Assembly: GCA_027491335.1 (NCBI GenBank)
Contig: JAIXWJ010000008.1
Coordinates: 54,597 to 118,596, forward strand
Reading direction: 5' to 3'
Length of the DNA: 64,000 nucleotides
From: Actinomycetes bacterium
GTDB taxonomy: Bacteria; Actinomycetota; Acidimicrobiia; Acidimicrobiales; Ilumatobacteraceae
Part shown: in pieces, positions 19,470 through 29,344 of the stretch
Layout of the letters: each line of letters opens with the position of its first letter
Position numbering within the stretch: the first letter of the stretch is position 1
Program-made: the position numbers and the translations under genes
The notes under the pieces: model-generated
What the model was told of the DNA's origin: nothing
What the model saw: only the letters and a program-made list of their open reading frames with translations
Databases searched by the model: none

Positions 19470-20392
19470 CAACCCAGAGCGATGACGGCGCTGGTGCTCG
19501 GATCCCAACGGCCGTACTCGGCGTCGACCCAGACCTTGGCGGTGCGCACGGCATCGATGGTCGCCGATGCGGCCAGTTGGCTACCGGCCAGGGCGATGAC
19601 ATCGTCACCGACCTCCTCGAAGTCTCGCTGCAGAAGGATGGCCCAACCCACGTTGGGGATCTCGAAGGCCGTCGACACCTGTCCGATCGCCGTGTTCTCG
19701 AGAGCGACCACGAACTCGTCGGCCACGGTCTCCATGACCGAGGCGAACTCGATGCACTGACTGCCATCGGGACCACCGAGCACACCACCGTCGGCGCCGG
19801 AGGGGTCGATCGACAGTTCCGCCGCCACATCGGCGAAGGGTTCGCCGGATGCAACGCGGAACGCGGCGACGTCGATGCTCTCCTTGGTGCCGGACAAGAT
19901 GGCGCGCACGCACACCACACCCGACACGGTCGGACCTTGCTCGTAAGCGGCCGCGAGATCGGACGTCGCCGGTGCGAGCAGACGCGCCAGCGTGGCGGTC
20001 GCCGCGGTGTTGAGGATGAACAGCTCGCGCACCTTCTGGTCGGCGTCGGCGAACCCGGGTTGTTCGTTCAACATCGACTCGGTGTCGGCGAGCGCCTCCT
20101 CGGTGACCTCACCGTCGGCCTCGGCGATCAGGTCGAGCAGGACCGACGTAGTCACCCACGTGGACAGAAGATTGCGCACCGTGTCCGCTTCTTGCGGACC
20201 TTCCACGATGGCTTCGAGTCCCTTGGTGGACTTCTCGTAGCCGATGATGAGGTCGTTCAACTCGTCCGAGGACAACGAACGGTCGCCCACGCGCGCGGCG
20301 TCGTCGGAGACCGACGAACACGACGAGGCGACGAGCGAAGCGACGACGATGGTCGCCGTGGCGACGAAGAAGGGAAGGCGTCGAGTGATCAC
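19469..20392 (-). CDS. Lipoprotein with SurA-N-like and parvulin-type PPIase-like region
   Basis: Signal peptide plus lipobox (VASLVASSCSS). The C-terminal part resembles a rotamase domain. The GTG at 20392 lies 6 nt after TAGTTT (20404-20399). Confidence 0.5.
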   Translation of the reverse strand: MITRRLPFFVATATIVVASLVASSCSSVSDDAARVGDRSLSSDELNDLIIGYEKSTKGLEAIVEGPQEADTVRNLLSTWVTTSVLLDLIAEADGEVTEEALADTESMLNEQPGFADADQKVRELFILNTAATATLARLLAPATSDLAAAYEQGPTVSGVVCVRAILSGTKESIDVAAFRVASGEPFADVAAELSIDPSGADGGVLGGPDGSQCIEFASVMETVADEFVVALENTAIGQVSTAFEIPNVGWAILLQRDFEEVGDDVIALAGSQLAASATIDAVRTAKVWVDAEYGRWDPSTSAVIALG

Positions 20393-20416
20393 CCGCACAA
20401 ACTACTTGGCGCCGTG

Positions 20417-23400
20417 CTACTTGGCATCCGTCTCGTCGGACGGCGGTGGCACCAGTTCGCGCAAGAATCGAACCAGGAATCGGGCCGGCTGCTCCCCGCG
20501 GGGAATGGGAATCACCAGTTGGCGGGTGGCTTCCTTGTGAATGGCGTCGCGACTGAGTCGCTTCAAACGAATCGATTCACTGGTTTTCAATTCGATCGGT
20601 CCGATGCGGGCCTGAGACGTGGAGATCGAGAGTTCGTTCAGTCCGAGTCGGTGGCATTCGGCGCGCAATAGAGCGACGTCGAGGAGGGCCTCGGCCGGCG
20701 CGGGAAGCGGACCGTATCGATCGAGCCATTCGTCGCGGATGTCGTCCACCTCGGCCGGGGTGGTGACCTGGGCCAGACGTCGGTAGGCCTCGAGGCGTAG
20801 CTCCTCCTTGGCGATGTAGTCCTTGGGGAGGTTCGCGGTGGTGGGAACGTCGAGGCGAATCTCCGACGGTTCGCGCACCGGCTCGCCCTTCATCTCGCCG
20901 ACGGCCTCGGTGACCATTTGGCAATAGAGGTCGTAGCCGACGGCGGCGATGTGTCCGCTTTGCGCCTCACCCAGAAGGTTGCCGGCACCGCGAATCTCGA
21001 GGTCGCGCATGGCGATCTTGAATCCACTTCCCAGTTCGGTGGACTCGCCGATGGTTCGCAGGCGTTCGTAGGCCTCCTCGCTCAACGACTTGTCGCGGGG
21101 ATGGAACAAATACGCGTAGGCACGTTGCCCGCTGCGTCCGACCCGTCCGCGCAACTGGTGCATTTGGCCGAGCCCGAGCAGGTCCGCGCGCTCCACCACG
21201 AGGGTGTTCACCGTGGGCATGTCGATGCCGCTCTCGATGATCGTGGTGCACACCAGGACGTCGAAGTTTCCTTCCCAAAAATCCATCACCACTTGTTCGA
21301 GAGCACCCTCGTCCATTTGGCCGTGGGCGATCGCGATGCGCGCCTCGGGCACCAGTTCGCGCAAACGCATCGCGCACTCCTCGATGGATTGCACCCGGTT
21401 GTGCACCCAGAAGACCTGCCCCTCGCGCAACAACTCGCGTCGAATGGCCTCGACCGCGACTCGCTCGTCGTACTGGCCGACGAAAGTGAGAATGGGCTGC
21501 CGGTCGGCCGGGGGAGTCTGCAACAGGCTGAGGTCGCGAATGCCGACGAGGCTCATCTCCAGTGTTCGCGGGATCGGCGTCGCGGTGAGCGTGAGAACGT
21601 CGACGTCGTTCTTCAGATGCTTCATCGATTCCTTGTGTTGCACGCCGAAGCGTTGCTCCTCATCGACGATCAACAAGCCGAGGTTCTTGAAGGTGATGCC
21701 CTTGGACAACAGGCGATGGGTGCCCACCACGCAGTCGATCTCACCGCTGGCCAGTCCGGCGATCACCTTGTTGGCTTCGGCATTGGTGAGGAATCGGGAC
21801 AGCACTTCCACGCGAATGGGGTACCCGGCGAAACGGTCCGAGAAGGTGTTGCCGTGCTGCGACGCGAGAAGAGTGGTGGGCACGAGAACCGCCACTTGCT
21901 TGCCGTCCTGGATGGCCTTGAAGGCCGCCCTCACCGCCACCTCGGTTTTGCCGAAGCCGACGTCACCGCACACCAAACGATCCATGGGGAACGGTCGTTC
22001 CATGTCGGACTTGGTGTCCTCGATGGCCTTCTTCTGATCCGGTGTTTCGACGAACGGGAACGCCTGCTCCATCTCGTATTGCCACGGCGTGTCGGATCCG
22101 AACGCGTGCCCGCGCGCGTTGACGCGTTTTTGGTAGAGCACCACCAGTTCCTGGGCGATGGCGCGCACCGCACTGCGCACCTTGGCTTTGGCCTTGGCGA
22201 AATCTCCACCGCCCAGTCGATTCAGCGTGGGTGTTTCGCCGCCCACGTAATGGCGCACGGCGTCGATCTGATCCGAGGGCAGGTACAGCTTGTCGGTGCC
22301 CTTGTACGCGAGGACGAGATAGTCGCGCTCGACACCGGCCACGGTCATCTTCGTCATGCCCTCGTACTTGGCGACACCGTGGATGTAGTGCACCACGTAG
22401 TTGCCGGGCTTCAGATCCTCGAAGATCGTGGTGCTTTCGCGCCGCTTGGCGCGAGGTCGGCGATGGGACGTGCGACGTCCCGTGATGTCGGCCTCGGTGA
22501 TGATGGCGAACTTGGCCGAGGGGATGGTGACTCCGCGGTGAAGTCGGGCCACGACGATCGAGCCGCCGCGACCGCGCAACGCGGGGCGTGCGCCCGCGGG
22601 CCACAGATCCAGTTGCAACCCGGCGTTGGCGAAGCTGTCCGAGAGTCGAGCGGCCGAGACGTCGCTGTCGGCGGCAATGACCACGCGGTAGTCGTCCGCG
22701 AGCAACTGCTTGATGCGGGTGGTGAGGCCGTCGGCGTCGGCGCCCATGGCGCCCCATCCCGAGGCCTCCAGAAGCGCGATGTCGGGGCCGTCGGCGACGG
22801 GAATGAGATTCCACGAACCGCGGGTCTCGCCCAGAAGTCGATCGGGCTGTTGATACAGGCGCGGGAACTCGCGGTCGGCGTCACTGGCCCAAGTCGAGGC
22901 CAACGATCTCGCCAGATCGGCTTCCTCGGCCAGCAGATCCACCGCGCGGTCGCGCATGCGCCGCGGTTCGAGCAGGATCATCTTGGAGCCGCGGGGCAAC
23001 ACGTCGCTCAGCAACAAAGGAGACGCGGTGAGCCATGGAAGCCAACTCTCCATGCCGTCGAAGAGCGCCCCCTCGGCGAGACGTTCCCATTGCTCGCGAC
23101 CCCACGGTTCGGCGGCCACCAAGGTTCGCGCGCGTTCGCGCACTTCGTCGGACAACACGAGTTCGCGAGCCGGAAAGATGACGGCTTCGTCCAGATCCAC
23201 GTCGCTTCGCTGATCGTGCACCGAAAAGGTGGTGAGGCGGTCGACCTCGTCGCCCCATAGATCGATACGGATGGGGGCGTCGGCGGTGGACGGGAAGACG
23301 TCGATGATCGCACCGCGTTTGGCGACTTCGCCTCGATGCTCCACCAGTTCCTCGCGCCGGTATCCGCCATTCACCAACGCGCGCAGCAATTCGTCGGGGT

Positions 23401-23869
23401 CGAGAGTGTCGCCCTTGCGAACGATCACCGGAGCCACCGCGGGCGTGTCGGGCCCGAGTTGCTGCAGGAGTGCCCGCATGCTGGCCACCACGATTCGCGG
23501 GGTTCGGGACTCGTCCTGCAAACGCCACAACACCTCGAGTCGGCGTCCCATCGTTTCCACCGAGGGACTGACGCGTTCGAAGGGCAACGTTTCCCAGGCG
23601 GGGAACAAGGCGACCTCGTCGGGAGGCACGAGAGCCGTCAGGTCGTCGGCCAATTGCGAGGCGAGCGTGCTGGTGGGGCAGGCGACGACGATCGGACGGC
23701 GGCCCGAGAGTTCGGCGAGGGCGGCGATGGCCACCGCGCGAGCCACTTCGGGCACGGCCACGGTGCCATCGACGGTGCCGAGCAATGACGTGAGCGCCGT
23801 GTCGTTGCGCAGGGCGGCGGGCAGTGAAGCCAGCACTCCCGCGTTGAGGTTCGCATCGACGACGGTCAT
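20417..23869 (-). CDS. mfd: Transcription-repair coupling factor
   Basis: 1150 aa with UvrB-homology N-terminus, CarD-like RNAP-interacting domain, DEAD/DEAH helicase motifs (GDVGFGKTEVA, DEEQRFG) and TRG motif. Confidence 0.97.
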   Translation of the reverse strand: MTVVDANLNAGVLASLPAALRNDTALTSLLGTVDGTVAVPEVARAVAIAALAELSGRRPIVVACPTSTLASQLADDLTALVPPDEVALFPAWETLPFERVSPSVETMGRRLEVLWRLQDESRTPRIVVASMRALLQQLGPDTPAVAPVIVRKGDTLDPDELLRALVNGGYRREELVEHRGEVAKRGAIIDVFPSTADAPIRIDLWGDEVDRLTTFSVHDQRSDVDLDEAVIFPARELVLSDEVRERARTLVAAEPWGREQWERLAEGALFDGMESWLPWLTASPLLLSDVLPRGSKMILLEPRRMRDRAVDLLAEEADLARSLASTWASDADREFPRLYQQPDRLLGETRGSWNLIPVADGPDIALLEASGWGAMGADADGLTTRIKQLLADDYRVVIAADSDVSAARLSDSFANAGLQLDLWPAGARPALRGRGGSIVVARLHRGVTIPSAKFAIITEADITGRRTSHRRPRAKRRESTTIFEDLKPGNYVVHYIHGVAKYEGMTKMTVAGVERDYLVLAYKGTDKLYLPSDQIDAVRHYVGGETPTLNRLGGGDFAKAKAKVRSAVRAIAQELVVLYQKRVNARGHAFGSDTPWQYEMEQAFPFVETPDQKKAIEDTKSDMERPFPMDRLVCGDVGFGKTEVAVRAAFKAIQDGKQVAVLVPTTLLASQHGNTFSDRFAGYPIRVEVLSRFLTNAEANKVIAGLASGEIDCVVGTHRLLSKGITFKNLGLLIVDEEQRFGVQHKESMKHLKNDVDVLTLTATPIPRTLEMSLVGIRDLSLLQTPPADRQPILTFVGQYDERVAVEAIRRELLREGQVFWVHNRVQSIEECAMRLRELVPEARIAIAHGQMDEGALEQVVMDFWEGNFDVLVCTTIIESGIDMPTVNTLVVERADLLGLGQMHQLRGRVGRSGQRAYAYLFHPRDKSLSEEAYERLRTIGESTELGSGFKIAMRDLEIRGAGNLLGEAQSGHIAAVGYDLYCQMVTEAVGEMKGEPVREPSEIRLDVPTTANLPKDYIAKEELRLEAYRRLAQVTTPAEVDDIRDEWLDRYGPLPAPAEALLDVALLRAECHRLGLNELSISTSQARIGPIELKTSESIRLKRLSRDAIHKEATRQLVIPIPRGEQPARFLVRFLRELVPPPSDETDAK

Positions 23870-23876
23870 GGTCGAC

Positions 23877-24497
23877 TCACAGCGAGTTGAACTTGTTCAT
23901 CGCGGCGTCGATTCCGATCTCGAGGATGGATTCGACGGCATCGGCGGCCACGTTCACCGCGACGTCGAGCAGTTGACGTTCGGCGGCGGGCACCTTTTTC
24001 AGCACGTGGTCCGCGCCTTGTTCCTTGTTCGGAGGTTTGCCCACGCCGATTCGCACCCGGACGTAGTCCTGGGTGCCCATGTGACTGGTGATGGAACGCA
24101 GACCGTTGTGGCCGCCGAGTCCGCCACCCACTTTCAGACGCACGGTGCCGGGCGGAAGATCCAGCTCGTCCTGCACCACGATGAGTCCCTCGTGGCCGGC
24201 GAACCCGTAGCGCTTCACCAGTTTGCGAACCGCTTGTCCGCTCTCGTTCATGAAGGTGGTGGGGAACGCCAACACCGCTCGCTTGGAGCCGAGGCGCACC
24301 TCGGCCACCAACGCGCTGTCGCGACCGGCCTTCAACGATTCGCCACCACGACGCGCCAACTCGACGACGACTTCCTCGCCCACGTTGTGGCGCGTACGGG
24401 CGTATTGCTTCCCGGGGTTGCCGAGACCGATGACGAGAGCGTCGAAGGCCGAAGACTTGGCGCGGGTGGCATCACCCGAACGGCCGAGCAGGCCCAT
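23877..24497 (-). CDS. pth: Peptidyl-tRNA hydrolase
   Basis: LVIGLGNPGKQYARTRHNVG motif, followed by GHNGLRSI. Confidence 0.93.
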   Translation of the reverse strand: MGLLGRSGDATRAKSSAFDALVIGLGNPGKQYARTRHNVGEEVVVELARRGGESLKAGRDSALVAEVRLGSKRAVLAFPTTFMNESGQAVRKLVKRYGFAGHEGLIVVQDELDLPPGTVRLKVGGGLGGHNGLRSITSHMGTQDYVRVRIGVGKPPNKEQGADHVLKKVPAAERQLLDVAVNVAADAVESILEIGIDAAMNKFNSL

Positions 24498-24505
24498 GGG
24501 CCGGG

Positions 24506-25129
24506 TCAGGACTTGGGCTTGGCGTCACCAGCGGCCGGGGCGTCCGCGGCGGGAGCCGCCGGGGCGGCCTCGGCCTTGGAGCCGGCGATGGCGGTGACGA
24601 TCGGAAGATCCGCATCGCCGAGTGCGCGGGTGCCGGTGGGCAGAACGATCTCGCCGAGGCGGATGACGTCGCCGGGCTGCATGGCCGAGATGTCGATGGT
24701 GATCTCGCTCGGCATGTTGGCCGGGGTGGTGACGATGTCGATGGTGTCCTGCGACGGGTCGACGAGTCCACCCTCGGACACGACGGCCTTGGCCTCGCCG
24801 ACGAGACGCACCGGAACGGCGATGGTGAGTTCCTCGCTCATGTTGATGCGCAGGAAGTCGACGTGAGCGACGGTGCGACGCACCGGGTGACGCTGCATGT
24901 CCTTGACGACGGCGGGGTAGACGTTGCCGTCGACCTTGATCTCGAGGATGGTGTTCGAGCCGGCCGCACCCGACAGTGCGATGCGCAGGTCGCGGCGATC
25001 GACGATCACCGACACGGGCTCCATGCCCTGGCCGTAGATCACGGCGGGGATTTTCTCCTCGCGACGGATACGACGAGCTTCGGCGCTACCGGAAACGCGA
25101 CCGGAGGTGGCAACAAGAGTGGTGGACAT
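24506..25129 (-). CDS. rplY: 50S ribosomal protein L25 / general stress protein Ctc
   Basis: 207 aa with the L25/Ctc beta-barrel N-terminus (RREEKIPAVIYGQG) and an Ala/Pro-rich C-terminal tail. Conserved pth-ctc-prs order. Confidence 0.9.
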   Translation of the reverse strand: MSTTLVATSGRVSGSAEARRIRREEKIPAVIYGQGMEPVSVIVDRRDLRIALSGAAGSNTILEIKVDGNVYPAVVKDMQRHPVRRTVAHVDFLRINMSEELTIAVPVRLVGEAKAVVSEGGLVDPSQDTIDIVTTPANMPSEITIDISAMQPGDVIRLGEIVLPTGTRALGDADLPIVTAIAGSKAEAAPAAPAADAPAAGDAKPKS

Positions 25130-25242
25130 GACACGGCCTTTCGTGCCGGGCGGGCGCCCGGAGGGTCACAAACGGATGCCCAGCCTAGAGGTGGCCGGGG
25201 GCTGATTCCTACCGCCGAGCGGGCCTGGTTGCCCAGGCGAGC

Positions 25243-26244
25243 TCAGGCTTGGTTCTCGCCGCCGAAGATCTCGCTCACGCTGGTGTCGTCGAAGACGGCG
25301 GCCAGGGCGTCGGCGATGATTCGACCGACCGAGAGCACCTTGATCTTGTCGATCCGCGCCTCGGGGGCCAGGGGCAAGGTGTTGGTCAGGACGACCCGGT
25401 CGATCCGAGAATTCGAGAGGCGCTCGATGGCCGGACCCGACAGCACGCCGTGGGTGGCCATGGCCCAGACCTCGGTGGCGCCCTTGTCCAGCAACAGGTG
25501 GGCGGCCGAGACGATGGTGCCGCCGGTGTCGATCATGTCGTCGGTGAGGATGCACAGACGACCTTCCACGTCACCGATCACGTCGAGGGCCTGGGCCACG
25601 TTGGTGCTGCCCTTGGGACGACGCTTGTAGACGAAGGCGAGGTCGGCGCCCAGTTCCTCGCCGAGGTGTTGCTGCATGCGCTCGGCCACCTTGATGCGAC
25701 CGGCGTCCGGGGAGACGATCACCGGGTTCTTGGCGTTGTCGCGGATGTACTGCTCGATGACGGGCATCGCGGTGAGGTGATCGACGGGACCATCGAAGAA
25801 GCCCTGGATCTGTCCGCTGTGGAGATCGATGGACACCATGCGCTTGGCGCCGGCGGCCTTGAACAAATCGGCGATGAGTCGGGCCGTGATGGGTTCGCGA
25901 CCCTCGGCTTTGCGGTCCTGGCGGGCGTATCCGTAGAACGGGCACACGGCGGTGATGCGCTTGGCCGACGCGCGTTGGGCGGCGTCGATCATGATCAGTT
26001 GCTCCATGATGGAGTCGTTGATGGAACGACCGTCACAGCCGAAGTGACTCTGCATGATGAACACGTCGGAGCCACGAACGCTCTCACCGAAGCGTGGACG
26101 CACCTCGCCGTTGGCGAATTCGACGAGGTTCGGTTCACCAAGTTCGATGCCCAGATATCCGGCGACTTCGTTGGCCAGAGCCAGATGGGTTCGACCCGAA
26201 TAGAGGGCCATCTTCTTGGTCGTGACCTTGTCCACTTGACTCAC
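25243..26244 (-). CDS. prs: Ribose-phosphate diphosphokinase
   Basis: ARQDRKAEGREPITARL, the PRPP loop ILTDDMIDTGGTI and VSPDAGR. The start is GTG 26244 or ATG 26211. Confidence 0.95.
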   Translation of the reverse strand: MSQVDKVTTKKMALYSGRTHLALANEVAGYLGIELGEPNLVEFANGEVRPRFGESVRGSDVFIMQSHFGCDGRSINDSIMEQLIMIDAAQRASAKRITAVCPFYGYARQDRKAEGREPITARLIADLFKAAGAKRMVSIDLHSGQIQGFFDGPVDHLTAMPVIEQYIRDNAKNPVIVSPDAGRIKVAERMQQHLGEELGADLAFVYKRRPKGSTNVAQALDVIGDVEGRLCILTDDMIDTGGTIVSAAHLLLDKGATEVWAMATHGVLSGPAIERLSNSRIDRVVLTNTLPLAPEARIDKIKVLSVGRIIADALAAVFDDTSVSEIFGGENQA

Positions 26245-26283
26245 GTCGTTGCCCGTCCCGTCTGAATCTGGCTCATGCGACCG

Positions 26284-27405
26284 TCACGACGACGGCTCAC
26301 CGTGGGAATCATAGAACGCACCGGTCCGTCGGCCGTCAGCCACGCACGCGCCGGGAGTCAGATGCGCGAACGGACCGACCTGACAGTCGTCTCCGATGGT
26401 CGCGAGACGCCCGACCGTGTTCTCCACGCGCGACGATCGGCCAACCGCGCAATCGACGAGTCGGGTGTTCGGTCCGATCTCGCATCCGTCCCCGATGCTG
26501 GTGTCGCCCTGGAGCATGGTGCCGGGAAAGAGCGTGACGTCGCGTCCGATGCGCACGCCGATGTCGATGAAGGTTTGGCGCGGGTCGATCATGGTGACAC
26601 CGTTCAGCAACCAGTGACGGTTGGTGCGCGCGCGAAGCTCCCGCTCGGCCAGGGCCAATTGCCAGCGATCGTTGACGCCTTGCGTCTCGGGCGCCGGAGC
26701 CTCGACGGCCCCCACGCGGTGACCCATGCCGGCCAGGACGGCGATGACGTCGGTGAGATACAGCTCACCCTGAGCGTTGTTGGGGGACAGGTGACGCAAG
26801 GCCGGTGCGAGAAGATCGCGACGAAAGGCGTAAATGGATGTGTTGATCTCGGTGATGCGACGCTCGTCGTCGGTGGCGTCGCGCTGTTCGACGATTCGCT
26901 CCACCCGTCCGTCGCGCCCTCGCACCACGCGTCCGTATCCGCTCGGATCGTCCACGTGGGAAACCAGCACCGTCGCGGCATGGCCCTGCGACTCGTGCGC
27001 GCTCACCAGATCGTCGATGGTCTCGCGTCGTAGCAACGGCGTGTCGCCGGGAAGGACGACGATGGTCGAGGTGTCGTCCAATTCGTCGGCCGCGTTGGAC
27101 TGTCGACCGAGTTCGAGATCGAGAGCGGCCAGGCCCACCATGACCGCGTCGCCGGTGCCGCGCTGAACCGTCTGCTCGGCGAACAACGGTTTCAGCCACG
27201 AAGGGGCGTCGGTCCCCACGCGACCCACGACCTTGTCGGCGCCATGCCCCACCACGACCACCGCTCGATCGGGGCGCACGTTCTCGAGGGCGTGCAACAC
27301 GTGCATGACCATCGGGCGACCGCAGATGAGGTGCAGTGGTTTGGGACGTTGGGACCGCATCCGCGTGCCCTCGCCGGCGGCCAAGACGATCGCGTACACG
27401 GGCAT
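26284..27405 (-). CDS. glmU: GlmU-like N-acetylglucosamine-1-phosphate uridyltransferase with a C-terminally truncated left-handed beta-helix domain
   Basis: N-terminus MPVYAIVLAAGEGTRMRSQRPKPLH is GlmU-type, and glmU-prs synteny holds. Only 373 aa: the ORF stops shortly after GPFAHLTPG, 40 bp before prs. Confidence 0.85.
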   Translation of the reverse strand: MPVYAIVLAAGEGTRMRSQRPKPLHLICGRPMVMHVLHALENVRPDRAVVVVGHGADKVVGRVGTDAPSWLKPLFAEQTVQRGTGDAVMVGLAALDLELGRQSNAADELDDTSTIVVLPGDTPLLRRETIDDLVSAHESQGHAATVLVSHVDDPSGYGRVVRGRDGRVERIVEQRDATDDERRITEINTSIYAFRRDLLAPALRHLSPNNAQGELYLTDVIAVLAGMGHRVGAVEAPAPETQGVNDRWQLALAERELRARTNRHWLLNGVTMIDPRQTFIDIGVRIGRDVTLFPGTMLQGDTSIGDGCEIGPNTRLVDCAVGRSSRVENTVGRLATIGDDCQVGPFAHLTPGACVADGRRTGAFYDSHGEPSS

Positions 27406-27462
27406 CAGTCAGTCATACCACGAACGGCGACGAGCCAACGACCGACAACGACCGTCGTTCTG

Positions 27463-27536
27463 TGGCTCCGGGGAGAGGGCTCGAACCCCTATTCTCTGAA
27501 CCAAAATCAGCTGTCCTACCATTGGACGACCCCGGA
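27463..27536 (-). tRNA. tRNA-Gln (anticodon TTG), CCA encoded
   Basis: Manual cloverleaf: acceptor TCCGGGG/CCCCGGA, D arm GTCC..GGAC, anticodon loop TTTTGGT, T arm AGGGG-TTCGAGC-CCTCT, 74 nt. Classic position next to glmU. Confidence 0.85.
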
Positions 27537-27663
27537 CCGACGCTCGTCCCGTTCGGGTCGAACGACGCCTCAACGGTATCGGAAAAGGACCTTCGATCCC
27601 TGTGCCGTTGGCGATGGTGCCCCGACCTCGCTAGCGTACGAAGTCTGTCATTGGAGAGGTCCC

Positions 27664-27756
27664 ATGGGTTCGTTGATCAAGAAGCGTCGTAAGCGCATGC
27701 GAAAGAAGAAGCACAAGAAGATGCTTCGCCGTACGCGTCACCAGCGTCGCAAGTAA
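27664..27756 (+). CDS. 30S ribosomal protein bS22-like micro-protein (30 aa)
   Basis: [30 protein letters not shown], 18 of 30 residues K/R. GGAGAGG lies 5 nt upstream of the ATG. It is only the C-terminal tail of the spurious 170-aa ORF 27244..27756. Closely resembles, from memory, mycobacterial bS22. Confidence 0.8.
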   Translation: [30 protein letters not shown]

Positions 27757-27760
27757 GTCG

Positions 27761-28507
27761 TCAGTAGCCGGTCGTTTCGACGACCGTGGCCTCGGGAAGG
27801 CGCAGGGCCAGCCCCTCGTGGCGACCCTTCAGGAACCACGTGGCCCCGCTCCCGGCGAGCACCGGATCCGTTCCGCTCGCGTCGCGAATGCGATCGCGCC
27901 AGTGGCGTAAAGCCGGTTCGACCGCCAATGCCGCGTCCTCGAGATCGTTGGGGTTCGTCTCGCGCTCGCATCGTGGTCCGCCCAACTCGTCCCATTTCTT
28001 GTACACAGCGGGCGTGCTCACCGACAGCGGCGGAATGACCAACGTGTAGGTGGCGGGTTCCGACGGCATCGGTTCGATCGACTCGCCGATGCCGCCCACG
28101 CGGGCCCGTCCTCCGACGATGCAAAACGGAATGTCGGCGCCCAGTCGCGATGCCGTCACCAGGTCGTCGAAGCCGGCCCAACGCAACACCGCGGCGGCAT
28201 CGGCGGATCCGCCGCCGAGTCCGCCCCCGTGCGGGATGTTCTTGACGACTTCCACGCGCGCGCTTCGGCCGGCCATTCGCAGTGCTCGCGCGACGAGGTT
28301 CGTGGAGTCCGTGGGAATTCCGGCGGCGAACGGACCGCTGAAGGACAGCTCGGTGTCCGAGGTGGTGGGTGTCAGCGAGATCTCGTCGTGAAGTTCGAGG
28401 GTCGTCATCACCGCGTCGATGAGGTGGTAACCGTCATCGCGCACGCCCACCACGCGCAACGACAGTGTGAGTTTCGCCGGGGCCACGATGGTGATGGGCT
28501 CGTTCAT
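27761..28507 (-). CDS. ispE: 4-(cytidine 5'-diphospho)-2-C-methyl-D-erythritol kinase
   Basis: Start MNEPITIVAPAKLTLSLRVVG, GHMP kinase motif IPHGGGLGGGSADAAA. ATGA overlap with rsmA. Confidence 0.9.
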   Translation of the reverse strand: MNEPITIVAPAKLTLSLRVVGVRDDGYHLIDAVMTTLELHDEISLTPTTSDTELSFSGPFAAGIPTDSTNLVARALRMAGRSARVEVVKNIPHGGGLGGGSADAAAVLRWAGFDDLVTASRLGADIPFCIVGGRARVGGIGESIEPMPSEPATYTLVIPPLSVSTPAVYKKWDELGGPRCERETNPNDLEDAALAVEPALRHWRDRIRDASGTDPVLAGSGATWFLKGRHEGLALRLPEATVVETTGY

Positions 28508-29337
28508 TGCCGTGCTCCCATGATGGCTTCGGCCAATCGTCCCCATTGCTCCACGTCGAGGTCCTCGGGCCGCGCCTCGGGAGAAACTCCGGCCTCGTCG
28601 AAAATGCTCGTCGTGGTCATGGAAGCCAGCGACCGGCGCAACATCTTTCGCCGCTGGCCGAACGCGGTGCGCACGATGGGGAACAGATCCTCGGGCCGGA
28701 CGTGCGAACCGATCGCGGGCCGATCACGTCGACGAATCTCGATCACCGACGAGACGACTTTGGGCCGAGGAACGAAGACGGTGGGCGGCACGTCACCGAG
28801 TATGCGCGCGGTCGCCCAATACGCCACTTTCACGCTGACGGCGCCGTAGTCCGAACTTCCCGCGGTGGCGGCGAGACGAAGCGCGACTTCCTTCTGCACC
28901 ATCACCACGAATCGATCCAATTGCGGAACGGTGTCGAGCAGATCGGCGACCAAAGGTGTGGCCACGTTGTACGGAAGATTGGCCACCACGACGGCGCGGG
29001 TGGAAGGTGGAACAACGGAGTTCCAGTCGACCTCGCGAGCGTCGGCTTCGATCACCGAGACGTTGGCGACGTCGCGCACCACGTCGCGAAGAACCGGTGC
29101 GACGCCGTGATCCACTTCGATGGCGGTGATGCGAGCGCCCGATTCGGCCAGGGCGAGGGTGAGAGAACCGAGTCCGGCGCCGATTTCGATCACGTGGTCG
29201 TCGGGTCCGACGTTGGCCAGGCGAGCGATGCGTCGCACGGTGTTGGGGTCGGCGACGAAGTTCTGTCCGAAGGCTCGGCGTGGCGACAGGCCGTGTTCCT
29301 CGAGCAGTCGGGTGATCTCGGCGCGCGAATGAGTCAT
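28504..29337 (-). CDS. rsmA: 16S rRNA (adenine1518/1519-N6)-dimethyltransferase
   Basis: Internal ATG (MTHSRAEITRLLEEHGLSPRRAFGQNF). SAM motif VIEIGAGLGSLT, plus NLPYNVATP. Confidence 0.92.
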   Translation of the reverse strand: MTHSRAEITRLLEEHGLSPRRAFGQNFVADPNTVRRIARLANVGPDDHVIEIGAGLGSLTLALAESGARITAIEVDHGVAPVLRDVVRDVANVSVIEADAREVDWNSVVPPSTRAVVVANLPYNVATPLVADLLDTVPQLDRFVVMVQKEVALRLAATAGSSDYGAVSVKVAYWATARILGDVPPTVFVPRPKVVSSVIEIRRRDRPAIGSHVRPEDLFPIVRTAFGQRRKMLRRSLASMTTTSIFDEAGVSPEARPEDLDVEQWGRLAEAIMGARQ

Positions 29338-29344
29338 CGGCGAA

